NCBI GenBank assembly: GCA_963813025.1
Contig: CAWEXO010000014.1
Coordinates: 416,001-480,000, forward strand
DNA from: an uncultured Verrucomicrobiae bacterium
GTDB taxonomy: Bacteria > Verrucomicrobiota > Verrucomicrobiia > Chthoniobacterales > JAFAMB01
DNA: 64,000 nt
Direction of reading: 5' to 3'
Below the pieces are notes generated by a model. That model was not told the DNA's origin. It ran no database searches and saw only the letters and a list, made by a program, of their open reading frames with translations. Each line of letters begins with the position of its first letter. The first letter of the stretch is position 1. Positions 29,433-39,455 of this stretch are shown here, in pieces. A program made the translations under genes and the position numbers.

Positions 29433-30290
29433 ATGAACAGTTCACCAACGGCTCTGACCCCGGTTGCGGCATCCGATAATGCTCCTCTGAAGCTGCTTTC
29501 AGTCATCATCCCCGCTCTGGATGAAGAAGGCTGCATCGCCTCGACCGTGGAGCATCTTGACGTCGCGCTGCGGCTTCACGGGATTCCGCACGAAATTGTT
29601 GTTGTGGACGATGGGAGTACGGATAGGACCTGGGCCATCCTCGGTGAGCTGCAGGATCGATTGCCGTCGCTAAAACCGGTTCGGAACAACGGTGAACACG
29701 GCTTTGGACGAGCGGTCCTCTGCGGGTTCCAGCAGATGGCCGGCGACGCTGCCGTGATTATGATGGCCGACGAATCCGACGATTGTCGTGATGTGGTTCG
29801 TTACTGGCAAAAACTGAATGCGGGTTTCGATTGCGTATTCGGCAGCCGCTTTATCAAAGGTGGCGGGGTTATCGATTATCCCTGGTTAAAGTTGCAGGTA
29901 AACCGCCTGGCGAATTTGTTCTTGCGGCTGCTCTTTGGTATCTCGCTCAACGATACGACCAACGCTTTCAAAGCTTACCGGCGGACCGTGATCGAGGGCT
30001 GCCAGCCTCTCATCGCGCCGCACTTCAATCTTACGGTCGAAATTCCTTTGAAAGCGATTGTTCGAGGATATAGCTGGACCGTCATCCCGATCACCTGGCG
30101 CAATCGCCGGAGCGGCGAAGCCAAGCTGAAAATCAAAGAAATGGGCAGCCGCTATCTCTTTATCTGTTTGTATGTCTGGTTGGAAAAGTATTTCAGCCGC
30201 GGTGACTATCGGAAACGCGCCACTCTTGCCGACACAAACAACGCGGGCCGGGAGGCAGCTGATCAGCTGGGCAACAGATCAGTCAATTGA
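29433..30290 (+). CDS. GT2 glycosyltransferase (DPM1-like)
   Basis: LSVIIPALDE, VDDGSTD, MMADESD, FGSRF. Confidence 0.92.
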   Translation: MNSSPTALTPVAASDNAPLKLLSVIIPALDEEGCIASTVEHLDVALRLHGIPHEIVVVDDGSTDRTWAILGELQDRLPSLKPVRNNGEHGFGRAVLCGFQQMAGDAAVIMMADESDDCRDVVRYWQKLNAGFDCVFGSRFIKGGGVIDYPWLKLQVNRLANLFLRLLFGISLNDTTNAFKAYRRTVIEGCQPLIAPHFNLTVEIPLKAIVRGYSWTVIPITWRNRRSGEAKLKIKEMGSRYLFICLYVWLEKYFSRGDYRKRATLADTNNAGREAADQLGNRSVN

Positions 30291-30417
30291 GCGGAGGGAG
30301 CGGCGGGAGCGGCTTCAGCGGAGGGATGTAGCGCGAGAGCGCCGAAGCTTACAATTGACTCGTCCATGATCAGTCGGTGATCTCGGTGAGTCCGGGCCTC
30401 CTGTCGCGCTTCGCGCA
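30255..30417. repeat. ~150-bp dispersed repeat, copy 3
   Basis: Matches 18407-18554; overlaps the GT2 3' end. Confidence 0.9.
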
Positions 30418-30528
30418 AAGCGCGGATGCCGGAGGAACTCCTTGAACTTCCTTGAACTCCATGAACTCCTTGAACTCCTTGACTCCTGATTGCATACCGC
30501 AAATCGCCATGCAATATCCGCCTTAGGA

Positions 30529-31194
30529 ATGAACCAAGAGACAGGCAGCGAACTGGCAGTTGAGTACCGGCTCAGGTTTGCTCAACACGCGGATTATCGG
30601 CGCAAAGTTTGGCAGGAGCTATATCGCGTTTACTTTCACCAATTCATCCGAAAGGAAGACACTGTTCTGGACCTTGGATGTGGGTGGGGAGAATTTATTA
30701 ACGTTGCTCAGGCCAACAAAAAATACGGGATGGACTTGAACCCGGAATCGGCCAAAATCCTCAATCCTGACATCACTTTCCTTCATCAGGACTGCTCGAC
30801 ACCTTGGCCAATACCGGCGAATTCACTCGACGTGGTGTTCACGAGCAATTTCTTCGAGCACCTGCCTTCGAAACAACATCTCAACGCCACAGTGAAGGAA
30901 GCTTGGCGAAGTCTGAAGCCGGGCGGCGTATTGATCTGTATCGGCCCAAATATCCGTTACCTTTACAATGACTACTGGGACTTTTTTGATCATTATCTGC
31001 CTCTCTCGGACCGGGCGATGCAAGAGCTTATGCGGATGACGGGCTTTTCCCGAGTAAAGGTCATTCGAAAATTCCTGCCGTATACGATGAGTCGGGGCTG
31101 GCAACCGCCCTTATTCGTTGTCCGTGCGTACGCCAGTTTGCCTTGGCTATGGCCGATTTTCGGCAAGCAGTTTTTGGTCGTAGCTACCAAATAG
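30529..31194 (+). CDS. Class I SAM-dependent methyltransferase
   Basis: VLDLGCGWG, SNFFEHL, LKPGG. Confidence 0.9.
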   Translation: MNQETGSELAVEYRLRFAQHADYRRKVWQELYRVYFHQFIRKEDTVLDLGCGWGEFINVAQANKKYGMDLNPESAKILNPDITFLHQDCSTPWPIPANSLDVVFTSNFFEHLPSKQHLNATVKEAWRSLKPGGVLICIGPNIRYLYNDYWDFFDHYLPLSDRAMQELMRMTGFSRVKVIRKFLPYTMSRGWQPPLFVVRAYASLPWLWPIFGKQFLVVATK

Positions 31195-31237
31195 AGACTA
31201 ACAAAGGCTTTCCGGGTCCGTTACACTTGCCGCTGTT

Positions 31238-31415
31238 GGTAGGGCGAGAATTTAGAGGCTGTCTCACAACGTGGCCTCGGCCCTGCTCCGGTAGGGGCGA
31301 AAAGTTATCCGAGCTTTAGCGAGGACTCGTTTGAGCCGGTCACAGGGGGTGTGCCAAATCTCCAAGACGGCTCAAACAAGTTCTCGCTGACGCTCGAATG
31401 AATTTTCGCCCTACC
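31238..31415. repeat. Double-armed REP doublet plus partial REP
   Basis: GGTAGGGGCGAAAAGTTATCCGAG..GAATTTTCGCCCTACC. Confidence 0.85.
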
Positions 31416-31563
31416 GATCTTGTCCGACTCGCAAACAAATATCAAATCGCACCGGCGTGCTCCAAAGTCCGATACGCCCTTTTCGCCTGTGACAAGCGGA
31501 CCCGACAAGGCAGGGCTGCGCATCTCAGTGGACCGCGCCTCCTCTTCTCAAAAGAACGACAAA

Positions 31564-32811
31564 TCATGCCGCACCGAGATTCGCGATACGGCAAATGACA
31601 GACTCGCATTCTAAAACCATGATTTTGGAGCGTTCTCTGAACTCCTGCATGGCCGTTGGCGTCGAGCGCTCACTTGCGGCTGATTCGAGGATATCGGCAA
31701 GTTTTCTTACCTCGTCTTTCCAGCTGAATCTCTTCAACTCCTTGTCTCCTTTTTCCACTAGTTCCTCTCGAAGCCCGGCGTCGACGGTCAGGCGCTCCAT
31801 CGCATGAGCTAACTCGCCGGGGTCTTCTACATTGACATAGAAGGCGGCGCTCCCGGCTATCTCGGTCTGACTGCCGCCTCGTCCGCAGATGACGGGCAGG
31901 CGGAAGTACATCGCTTCAAGCAGCGGGATGCCGAACCCCTCGTACCGGGATGGGAAAACCAGAGCGGAGGCGTCGCTGTAGGTTTGCGCGAGCTCCTGGT
32001 CGCTGATCTCCCCAAGAAACTTTACGTAGTTATCGACGCCAGTTTCGGCAGCGAACGCCTGGAGTTTCTGAATCCTGTCGCCGCGTCCAGCGGTCAACGC
32101 CAGGTTCCAGGCGTTCTGGCCGAGCCGTTCCCTATAGAGCCGGTAGGCGCGAAAAAGATTTTTGTGATTCTTGTGCGGCCAGGGTCGGGCGGGATATAGA
32201 AAATAGTGTTCGCCATTGCGCGGCGTGCAGCGAGCCAAGCGGCCGTGGATCGTCTGATAGGTCCGGTAGATTCGCTGCAGCGGAACCGCGTACGAAGTAT
32301 GGAGCCGTTGGCGAGTAAAGTCTGAGGGTACTTGAAAAATAGCTCCGCAGACGCTGAGCTTTTTGAGATTAAAATGCCGCCAAATGCGGTCCGATTTGCT
32401 GAGCGTACCGGGATAATCCAGTTGAATCAAATCCGGTACTTGAACGACCAGCGGCACGCGGAGCGGGAGAGTTAGAAATCGTCCGAGCGGCGAGTACATG
32501 ACGTCGATCTGATGCCTTCGGCAAAACGTCGCGATCCGCTGCCGGCTTCGAAGCTCCTCGATGGCATCGCCCATCGCATGAGTACGGTCGCGCCCGAACT
32601 TTGTACATATGACCTCCGCCCGGCCGGCGAAACGACCCTCGATTTCGTCGAGAGCGATCTCCGAACAAAATAACGTTACCGTAAACTTGCTCGAAAAATA
32701 ACTGAGGAGTCCGTCGATAAACTCGAACGTGGCGAACTTGATTCCGCCATTCTCCGCGTCCGGCAGGGTCGGCGTGAGATCGACGCCGACTCGAATAACA
32801 GCCTCTTGCAT
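31564..32811 (-). CDS. GT4 glycosyltransferase (MtfB/WbdB-like)
   Basis: YPARPWPHKNH, FPSRYEGFGIPLLEAM; start could be 32856. Confidence 0.92.
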   Translation of the reverse strand: MQEAVIRVGVDLTPTLPDAENGGIKFATFEFIDGLLSYFSSKFTVTLFCSEIALDEIEGRFAGRAEVICTKFGRDRTHAMGDAIEELRSRQRIATFCRRHQIDVMYSPLGRFLTLPLRVPLVVQVPDLIQLDYPGTLSKSDRIWRHFNLKKLSVCGAIFQVPSDFTRQRLHTSYAVPLQRIYRTYQTIHGRLARCTPRNGEHYFLYPARPWPHKNHKNLFRAYRLYRERLGQNAWNLALTAGRGDRIQKLQAFAAETGVDNYVKFLGEISDQELAQTYSDASALVFPSRYEGFGIPLLEAMYFRLPVICGRGGSQTEIAGSAAFYVNVEDPGELAHAMERLTVDAGLREELVEKGDKELKRFSWKDEVRKLADILESAASERSTPTAMQEFRERSKIMVLECESVICRIANLGAA

Positions 32812-32833
32812 AACCCTCCTGTCCGGTTCCGAT

Positions 32834-33823
32834 TCAGTTCGCGCGAACGCGATCATCTGTCCTGCTTTGCTCCTTAAGAATCGCTTCAATCATCAGTTTA
32901 ACCACGTCTTCCATGTGATGTTTAGGCGTCCACCCCAACTCACGAGCGGCTTTGGTCGGGTCGCCCTTACCTATCATGATTTCTGTAGGCCGAAAGAGCG
33001 CCTTGTCGATGACGGTATACTCTTGCCAGTCCAGGCCAAGCTGACCGAATGCCGTCGCCACAAACTCCTCCAGCTTTCTGCTTTTGCCGGTGGCGATGAC
33101 ATAATCTTCCGGTTTCTCCCGCTGCAGCATGAGATACATCGCCTCCACGTAGTCCGGCGCCCAGCCCCAATCTCGCTGGATTTCGATGTTTCCCAGCTGC
33201 AGCCTTTCCTTTTCACCCCGGGCAATCCGGCAGGCTGCCGCTATGATCTTTTTTGTAACGAACCGTTCCGGCCGAAGCGGCGACTCATGGTTAAAAAGGA
33301 TACCGGAACAGGCAAACAGCTTGTATGCCTCCCGATAGTTGGCAACCTGCCAGAAAGCAGCGGATTTTGCGACCGCATAAGGACTTCGCGGACGAAATGG
33401 TGTTTCCTCGTTAGCGGCGGCTCCACCGAGATCCCCGAAGCATTCGCTCGAGCCCGCATTATAGAGCTTGGTACCCGATCCGGTAAAACGGATAGCTTCC
33501 AAGAGGTTCAAAGTTCCGAGATAGATGCTATCCTGAGTTTCCACGGGTTGCTCGAAAGAGAGCGAGACTGAGGATTGACCGGCCAAGTTGTAGATTTCGT
33601 CTGGTTTAACCTTAAACAAAACTTGGATCACGCTTCGGAAATCGTTCAACGCGACGGACTCAAGTCGAACGTCTTTGCGGATCGCGAGCCTTTCCAGGTT
33701 CTTGAACGAAGAAACCTGGGCATCGCGGGATGTGCCGCAAACAGTGTACCCCTTACCGAGGAGAAACTTCGCCAGATACGCCCCATCCTGTCCTGACACC
33801 CCGGTGATCAACGCGATCTTCAT
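32834..33823 (-). CDS. gmd: GDP-mannose 4,6-dehydratase
   Basis: ITGVSGQDGAYL, YNLAGQSSV, SPYAVAK, GILFNHESP, RDWGWA. Confidence 0.95.
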   Translation of the reverse strand: MKIALITGVSGQDGAYLAKFLLGKGYTVCGTSRDAQVSSFKNLERLAIRKDVRLESVALNDFRSVIQVLFKVKPDEIYNLAGQSSVSLSFEQPVETQDSIYLGTLNLLEAIRFTGSGTKLYNAGSSECFGDLGGAAANEETPFRPRSPYAVAKSAAFWQVANYREAYKLFACSGILFNHESPLRPERFVTKKIIAAACRIARGEKERLQLGNIEIQRDWGWAPDYVEAMYLMLQREKPEDYVIATGKSRKLEEFVATAFGQLGLDWQEYTVIDKALFRPTEIMIGKGDPTKAARELGWTPKHHMEDVVKLMIEAILKEQSRTDDRVRAN

Positions 33824-33911
33824 GAAAGCCTCAATCTGTAGGTTTACGTCCAGACTTGAGCAAGCGATTGTTTGGCGCCGGTTTGCACTTGGCTTGCCAT
33901 GATTTTCTACT

Positions 33912-34120
33912 GCTGTTTGCAATTCTGTGCAAAACCGATCGCGTCCTGTAGCGCCGACGGCCGCGTCGGTATCTGGGACGCTGACGCACGAGGCCATACG
34001 TCTCATTCACTAGTGCTAGCTGTTTGCAATTCTGTGCAAAACCGATCGCGTCCTGTAGCGCCGACGGCCTCGTCGGTATCTGGGAGGCTCACGCACGAGG
34101 CCGTACGTCTCATTTCACTA
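33912..34120 (+). repeat. 107-bp tandem duplication containing a GTAG hairpin
   Basis: Two near-identical units starting at 33912 and 34019. Confidence 0.92.
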
Positions 34121-34125
34121 ACGCT

Positions 34126-35247
34126 ATGAAGATCGGGTTTGATGTCGCTCAAACCTGTTCCCCAAGAGCCGGGTGCGGTTGGATGGCTGATCTTTTGGCG
34201 CGAGCATTGGTTGAGGCTGCGCCAAGGCACAGTTTTTTTCTTTACCATCAGTTCGGCCGTTGGCTGAGCTGGAATACCGTTTGGGGAACGCACATCACAG
34301 CGAAAAATGTGCGTGAACCGTTCCGCTGGACAGTCCCGCCGGTTGCCAGACGGATTTGGGATCGGGTTGCCGAAGGAAACGGCGGGTTGCCCGGTAATCC
34401 GGATATCGTTCATTCCAATTCGTTTCAAGCGCCGGACGCAGGTCGGGCACGGCTGGTCTACACTGTCTATGACGTCAGCTTCTGGGTGCACCCTGAATTC
34501 AGCACTGAGGAAAACTGCATCCGGTGCGAGCGGGGCACCCGGCAAGCATTTGAAAACGCAGCCGGCCTGCTCTTTATCTCCAGGAGCACATTGGCGGAGG
34601 CAGTTCGCTTATTTCCCGATTTGTTGAAGCGGAAAGGCCTATCGTCGGTTGTGGCGCCGCTCGCCTCGAGGTTTACTCGGGCCATCGCTCCGCGTCTCGG
34701 TGCCCCAAGAGGAGATTGGCTGGCGGTCGGCTCGCTCGAACCAAGAAAGAATTACGAATGCCTGCTCTCCGCTCTGGAGCTTTACTGGAGTGCCTCCAAG
34801 CATCCCCGAAAACTGCTTATTGCCGGAGGGAAAGGATGGAAATCGGAACAGCTGCACGAACGAATTGCTCGTCTCCAGAGGAAGGGAATGGTTCGCTATC
34901 TCGGTTACGTTTCGGACCAAACTTTATTGGAGCTTTACCGAAGCTCCTTCGCTTTGGTGTTCCCCAGCCACTACGAAGGCTTTGGTCTGCCGGTAGTGGA
35001 GGCGTTCAGCCAGGCATGTCCCGTTATCACGCGACCGGAAAGCAGTTTGGGTGAGATCGGAGGATCGGCTGCCGTCTACACCGGGAATGACCCTGAGCAA
35101 ATCACCCAAGCGATGTTGCGGCTGGAGCAGGATCCGGAGCATTACCGCGAAGTCTCGCGAGCCTCATTAGCGCAGGCCGGCAATTTCAGTTGGGAAAAAA
35201 CCGCGCAAACGGTCCTGGAGCTTTATGAACAGATCGTTGACAGCTGA
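34126..35247 (+). CDS. GT4 glycosyltransferase
   Basis: VGSLEPRKN, FPSHYEGFGLPVVEA. Confidence 0.93.
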   Translation: MKIGFDVAQTCSPRAGCGWMADLLARALVEAAPRHSFFLYHQFGRWLSWNTVWGTHITAKNVREPFRWTVPPVARRIWDRVAEGNGGLPGNPDIVHSNSFQAPDAGRARLVYTVYDVSFWVHPEFSTEENCIRCERGTRQAFENAAGLLFISRSTLAEAVRLFPDLLKRKGLSSVVAPLASRFTRAIAPRLGAPRGDWLAVGSLEPRKNYECLLSALELYWSASKHPRKLLIAGGKGWKSEQLHERIARLQRKGMVRYLGYVSDQTLLELYRSSFALVFPSHYEGFGLPVVEAFSQACPVITRPESSLGEIGGSAAVYTGNDPEQITQAMLRLEQDPEHYREVSRASLAQAGNFSWEKTAQTVLELYEQIVDS

Positions 35248-35537
35248 ACAATTGGCAGATGTCAGTCAGTCGAGCGGTGGGAGCGGCGGGAGCGGGTTCA
35301 GCGGGGGGAGCGTGGACAGTAACTGTCCGTGAAAATTCGTGCAGTTCGCGAGTAATTAATGCTGGGAGCCGGAATTTAAGTTCATCGGCATGATGGGCCT
35401 TTCGGATTTCGAACATAACTCCGCACCTAGCGCAGCGATGCTATTGTAGCAAATCGGGAATTCGCCGGGCTCAACATGATAGCATTAGAGTCGCGCACGG
35501 AGGTCGCGCAGCCACAGAGGATCTCTGATCCCGCGCC

Positions 35538-35640
35538 GGCAGGGCAAAAATTAATCCGAGCCGCAGGCGAGGACTCGTTTGAGCTGGGCGCCGGAGTTGC
35601 CACCGCCCAAGGCGGCTAAACAGGTTCTCGCCTGGCGCTC
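35538..35640. repeat. Degenerate double-armed REP doublet
   Basis: GGCAGGGCAAAAATTAATCCGAGCC..GCGAGGACTCGTTTGAGC. Confidence 0.7.
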
Positions 35641-35942
35641 GTCCGCCAAGGCTGGATCGGTCTACCAGTAGTGGGCCGGCGGGATGTTCAAGAGCAGTAC
35701 TCGATCAACGAAACAAATTGTAATATAAGTCAATCACTCCGTACTACGGTCCGTGAAAATGCTGTTTTCCTGCGAGGATTTACGAGGAGCCGAAACAGTT
35801 TGAAGATTGACCGGCAAGATGCCGGTGTCACGGTGGAAAAGTGGCACAGGCTTCCAGCCTGTCAGTGGACTGCGCGGCCGCTTTGGTTGCGGCTCCGCCG
35901 CGCCGTGCACTCCGTGGCCTTCGTGCGAGGTCCTCTCTCACT

Positions 35943-37235
35943 TCACACTCCGGGAACCCGGGCTACTAAATCGATCTCCGTCGGCTCCGGCGCAAGATTC
36001 TGCTCGATCGAGATGTGCGCCGGCAGATTGAGGAGCCCTGAATAGGACTCATTGAGCTCGGAGTGAATGGTCAGCTCCGGGGTTGCGCGGAGAAATGCAA
36101 CTGGATGTCCACTGCGGAAAATCGTGCAGCTCAGGATGTACTCACCGGGTTTCAACGGGAGACTAGGCAGATGCAGGGTAAGCGCGATCTTCCCGACGGC
36201 TGCAGTCAACAGCTGTTCCTGGTGGGTCAACAGCACCAGGCCTTGAATATCGGAGATCGAAATGGCGACTTGGCCATCCATGATGGTTTCCAGCAGCTCA
36301 ATCTCAAATCGAAAGCTGAACGGGTGCTGGCTCGGAGCGATCAAGTGCTTATCCGGCCCGTTTTGGGGCTCGATTGTCCAACCGACGAGGCGAGCCGGCG
36401 GTTCCGGTTGTGCCGGATCAGCGTTCTCCGGCTTATGCTCGTACAGTGACATCACTTCCTGGGTGGTTTGCTTTTCGTAAGCGGAGACCACTTCGTGCGT
36501 AGGTCCGAACATCTCGATCCGGCCGTGCCGGAGCCAGAGACAGACCTGACTCATCTTCCGCACAGCACCCATGCCATGACTGACCAGGATGGCTGCGTGG
36601 CCTTCGTCGATGATCTCCTCCATTCGATCAAAACACTTCTTCTGGAAAACGGCGTCGCCAACCGCTAACACCTCGTCCAGAATGACAATCTCCGGGTTGA
36701 GATGCGCTGCCACGGAGAAGGCCAATCGAACGTACATGCCGCTCGAGTAATTCTTGACCGGCACGTCAAGAAACCGTTCCAGGCCGGAAAACTCAACGAT
36801 GCGGTCGAAGCGGTCTTCGACCTCTTTTCGAGAGAGACCGAGCATCGCCCCGTTCAAATAGATATTGTCACGGCCGGAGAACTCCGGATGAAACCCGGTA
36901 CCGACCTCCAGCAAGCTGGCTAGCCTACCATAAACTTTCACCCGGCCCGTCGTTGGCTGCGTGATCCGGGATAAGACCTTCAGGAGCGTCGATTTTCCGG
37001 CGCCGTTCTCACCGATGATCGACAAAGTCTGTCCCTGCGAAATTTGGAACGAGACATCGCGCAACGCCCACAGCTCGCGCCGCGAGGCGCCCTGATCTTC
37101 GTTCGCCTCCGGCTGCAGAAGCTGTCGGATCGCTCTCTTGCTCCGGTAAGCAACATCTTCGAAAAAAGTGCGTCGGTTGCGTTCCCCCAGGAAGAAACGT
37201 TTCGACAAGTTCTGCGCTTGAATGACGACGGACAT
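35943..37235 (-). CDS. wzt: Polysaccharide ABC transporter ATP-binding protein with C-terminal extension
   Basis: GENGAGKST, YSSGMYVRLAF, LDEVLAVGD; extra C-terminal domain resembling Wzt_C. Confidence 0.93.
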   Translation of the reverse strand: MSVVIQAQNLSKRFFLGERNRRTFFEDVAYRSKRAIRQLLQPEANEDQGASRRELWALRDVSFQISQGQTLSIIGENGAGKSTLLKVLSRITQPTTGRVKVYGRLASLLEVGTGFHPEFSGRDNIYLNGAMLGLSRKEVEDRFDRIVEFSGLERFLDVPVKNYSSGMYVRLAFSVAAHLNPEIVILDEVLAVGDAVFQKKCFDRMEEIIDEGHAAILVSHGMGAVRKMSQVCLWLRHGRIEMFGPTHEVVSAYEKQTTQEVMSLYEHKPENADPAQPEPPARLVGWTIEPQNGPDKHLIAPSQHPFSFRFEIELLETIMDGQVAISISDIQGLVLLTHQEQLLTAAVGKIALTLHLPSLPLKPGEYILSCTIFRSGHPVAFLRATPELTIHSELNESYSGLLNLPAHISIEQNLAPEPTEIDLVARVPGV

Positions 37236-38077
37236 CAGATCGAATCGGTGAACGTGCCTTCGGCTTGAACGAAAGAAAAAACTCCGATCACCAGGAAAAA
37301 GATGGTCATCAACGTTGCGATCAAGGCTGGTTGGATGGGAACAACTTCGGCGCCGAAAAGGCTCGCTCGATACCACTCCACCATGCTGGCCATCGGGTTA
37401 AGGTTCAAGAGCCATTGCAGATGCGCCGGCACCGTTGACCGAGGGTAAATAACACAGCTGCCGTACATCAGCAGATTCAAGCTGTAACCCACGACCATGT
37501 GCAGGTCGCGGTATCGGACCGTGGCTGCAGCAATCAGGCATCCGAGGCCGAGTCCCAAGAGAGAAATCTCCAGAAGAATGATCGGCAAGAGAACGATGTG
37601 CGGGCTGAGATCAACTCTCCTGCCGATTAGATTGTACACCGCAACAACGACCAGGAGAACCAGAAATTGCGCCGCGAAGTTCAAAAGATTCATGCTGACC
37701 TGGCTCAGCGGAACGATCAGCCGCGGAAAATAGATCTTCCGAAAAATGCCGCTGCTTCCGAGGAAAGTGTAAGACACCTGGGTGACACAATTTGAAAAAA
37801 AGAACCAGAGAATGATCCCCGATAGATAGAAGACGAGCGGCGGAAGGTCCGTGGTGGGAAGCCGGGCGATTTGACTGAAAATCACGACGAAGACGAGCGC
37901 AGAAAGGAAAGGCTGGAGGAAAAACCAAAGCGGACCAAGCACGGTCTGCTTGTAAGCAGCTACAAAATCGCGTTTAACCAGCAGCAGATAAAGCTCGCGA
38001 AAGGCCCAGAGTTCCTTTGGGTCGCTACTCAGCAACTTCTCTGCATCGACAACATAGGTTGGGCTTGGGTTACTCAT
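37235..38077 (-). CDS. wzm: Polysaccharide ABC transporter permease
   Basis: YKQTVLGPLW, YFPRL, YRD, LNPM; TGATG coupling to wzt. Confidence 0.93.
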   Translation of the reverse strand: MSNPSPTYVVDAEKLLSSDPKELWAFRELYLLLVKRDFVAAYKQTVLGPLWFFLQPFLSALVFVVIFSQIARLPTTDLPPLVFYLSGIILWFFFSNCVTQVSYTFLGSSGIFRKIYFPRLIVPLSQVSMNLLNFAAQFLVLLVVVAVYNLIGRRVDLSPHIVLLPIILLEISLLGLGLGCLIAAATVRYRDLHMVVGYSLNLLMYGSCVIYPRSTVPAHLQWLLNLNPMASMVEWYRASLFGAEVVPIQPALIATLMTIFFLVIGVFSFVQAEGTFTDSI

Positions 38078-38199
38078 GCGCAGGCCGAGACTCGGCCTTG
38101 CCCCACCAATGCACGCAGGTGCACTCTTTGCAATTTCTTGCAAGGACCGTTCGGAATCCTCTTATAAGCCGAATGGCGTATCTCGCAACATTGCCCCGG

Positions 38200-38580
38200 C
38201 CTGTGCCGGTAGGGCGAAAACTTGTTTGAGCCGTCTTCGCCATAGCTTTAGCGACGGAGGAGCCGTCTTGAACGCGCCTACCCGGATAAAAAAAAGCGCC
38301 TCCCAACATTGGCCCTTGCCGGCAGGGCGAAAATTTAGAGGCTGCCTTGCAACATGGCCTCGCCCCTGCGCCGGTAGGGTAAGCCCCTGGCGGTAAGGCG
38401 AGAATTTATTCGAGCCGGACGAGAGGTTGCCACATCCCAAGGCTGCCTCGCAACGTGGCCTTGGCCCTGCTCTGGTAGGGCGAGAATTTATTCGAGCCGT
38501 CTTTGGATGTGGCAACCTCTCCGGACGGCTCGAATAAATTCTCGCCCTACCGCCACAGGGCCCGCCCTACCGCCACAGGG
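38200..38580. repeat. REP cluster downstream of the RAYT
   Basis: Multiple GGTAGGGCG.. copies including a 78-bp doublet at 38474-38551. Confidence 0.92.
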
Positions 38581-38608
38581 CCGATAATGTTGCGAGTGCT
38601 TAGAGCCG

Positions 38609-39073
38609 TCACCACCAATCAGCAAATCGGGTCATCTCACCTTGGAATCGCCAACGTGCTGGCTCGTCCGTCAAGCCCGCCCTAATCGGATTCATGAGTA
38701 TATACCGGTACCTTGCTTCAGCGCTGTCGTGGGCGCGAATCCGATGATGGAATGCCCCGGACTGCCATCTGCACCCTGGCTGATCGAATCGTAGTGAGAC
38801 CCGCGATTTCCAAATCTTGATCCAAAGATCCAGTCCGGCTTGGCCTGAGCCCGGCCAAGCAAAGAAATGCAGGTGATCAGGCATAATCATGTAGCGCCCG
38901 ACGTGCCAGTCCGTTGCTTCTCCCCACGCTGCAACGAGCAATGTGTGTACCGTATCGTTAGCCAGCCATCTGACTCGCTTTCGGGTGCACACGGTGACAA
39001 GCACCAAAGTGGGCTGTTCGTGGACAAAAAGAACACCTTTTGCCGGGTGCTTCCGCTGCGGTCGGTAATACAT
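38609..39073 (-). CDS. REP-associated tyrosine transposase (RAYT/TnpA-REP, HUH Y1)
   Basis: VTVCT, MPDHLH (HUH), WQSGAFHHRIR, YILMNP; REPs on both sides. Confidence 0.92.
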   Translation of the reverse strand: MYYRPQRKHPAKGVLFVHEQPTLVLVTVCTRKRVRWLANDTVHTLLVAAWGEATDWHVGRYMIMPDHLHFFAWPGSGQAGLDLWIKIWKSRVSLRFDQPGCRWQSGAFHHRIRAHDSAEARYRYILMNPIRAGLTDEPARWRFQGEMTRFADWW

Positions 39074-39134
39074 AAAACAGAATTACTAGTTGTGTTTTAA
39101 ATCGACAATTTAAAAATACTCTTAATGTTGAGCT

Positions 39135-39275
39135 CTGGCCCTGCGCCGGTAGGCCTCGGCCCTGCGCTGGTAGGGCGAGAATTTATTCGAGCCGTCCGGG
39201 GAGATTGCCACATCCCAAGACGGCTCGAATAAATTCTCGCCCTACCAGCGCAGGGCCGAGGCCTACCAGGACAGG
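39135..39275. repeat. REP cluster upstream of the RAYT
   Basis: 78-bp doublet at 39169-39246 inside longer inverted flanks. Confidence 0.92.
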
Positions 39276-39455
39276 GCCCAAGAGGGGGAAGGAGGGTCGC
39301 GCGCACTACTAGACACGCTCCCACCGCTTGACAGCGGTCCTCCGACAGGCAAACTCTTGGCCACACTGGACCAGCACAAGGAGCAAGATGTTGGGAAACA
39401 TTCCGCTGTGGAGGAATTGCCAGAGATTAAGAGGATGCCCGGCTCTCCTTCTATA

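Noticed and set aside
33824..34125. Long N-terminal extensions of gmd and the GT4 ORF
   Set aside because: They run through the 107-bp duplication; family-typical starts are at 33823 and 34126
38200..38580. CRISPR-like repeat cluster
   Set aside because: Repeats are inverted pairs with homologous spacers next to a RAYT, i.e. REPs
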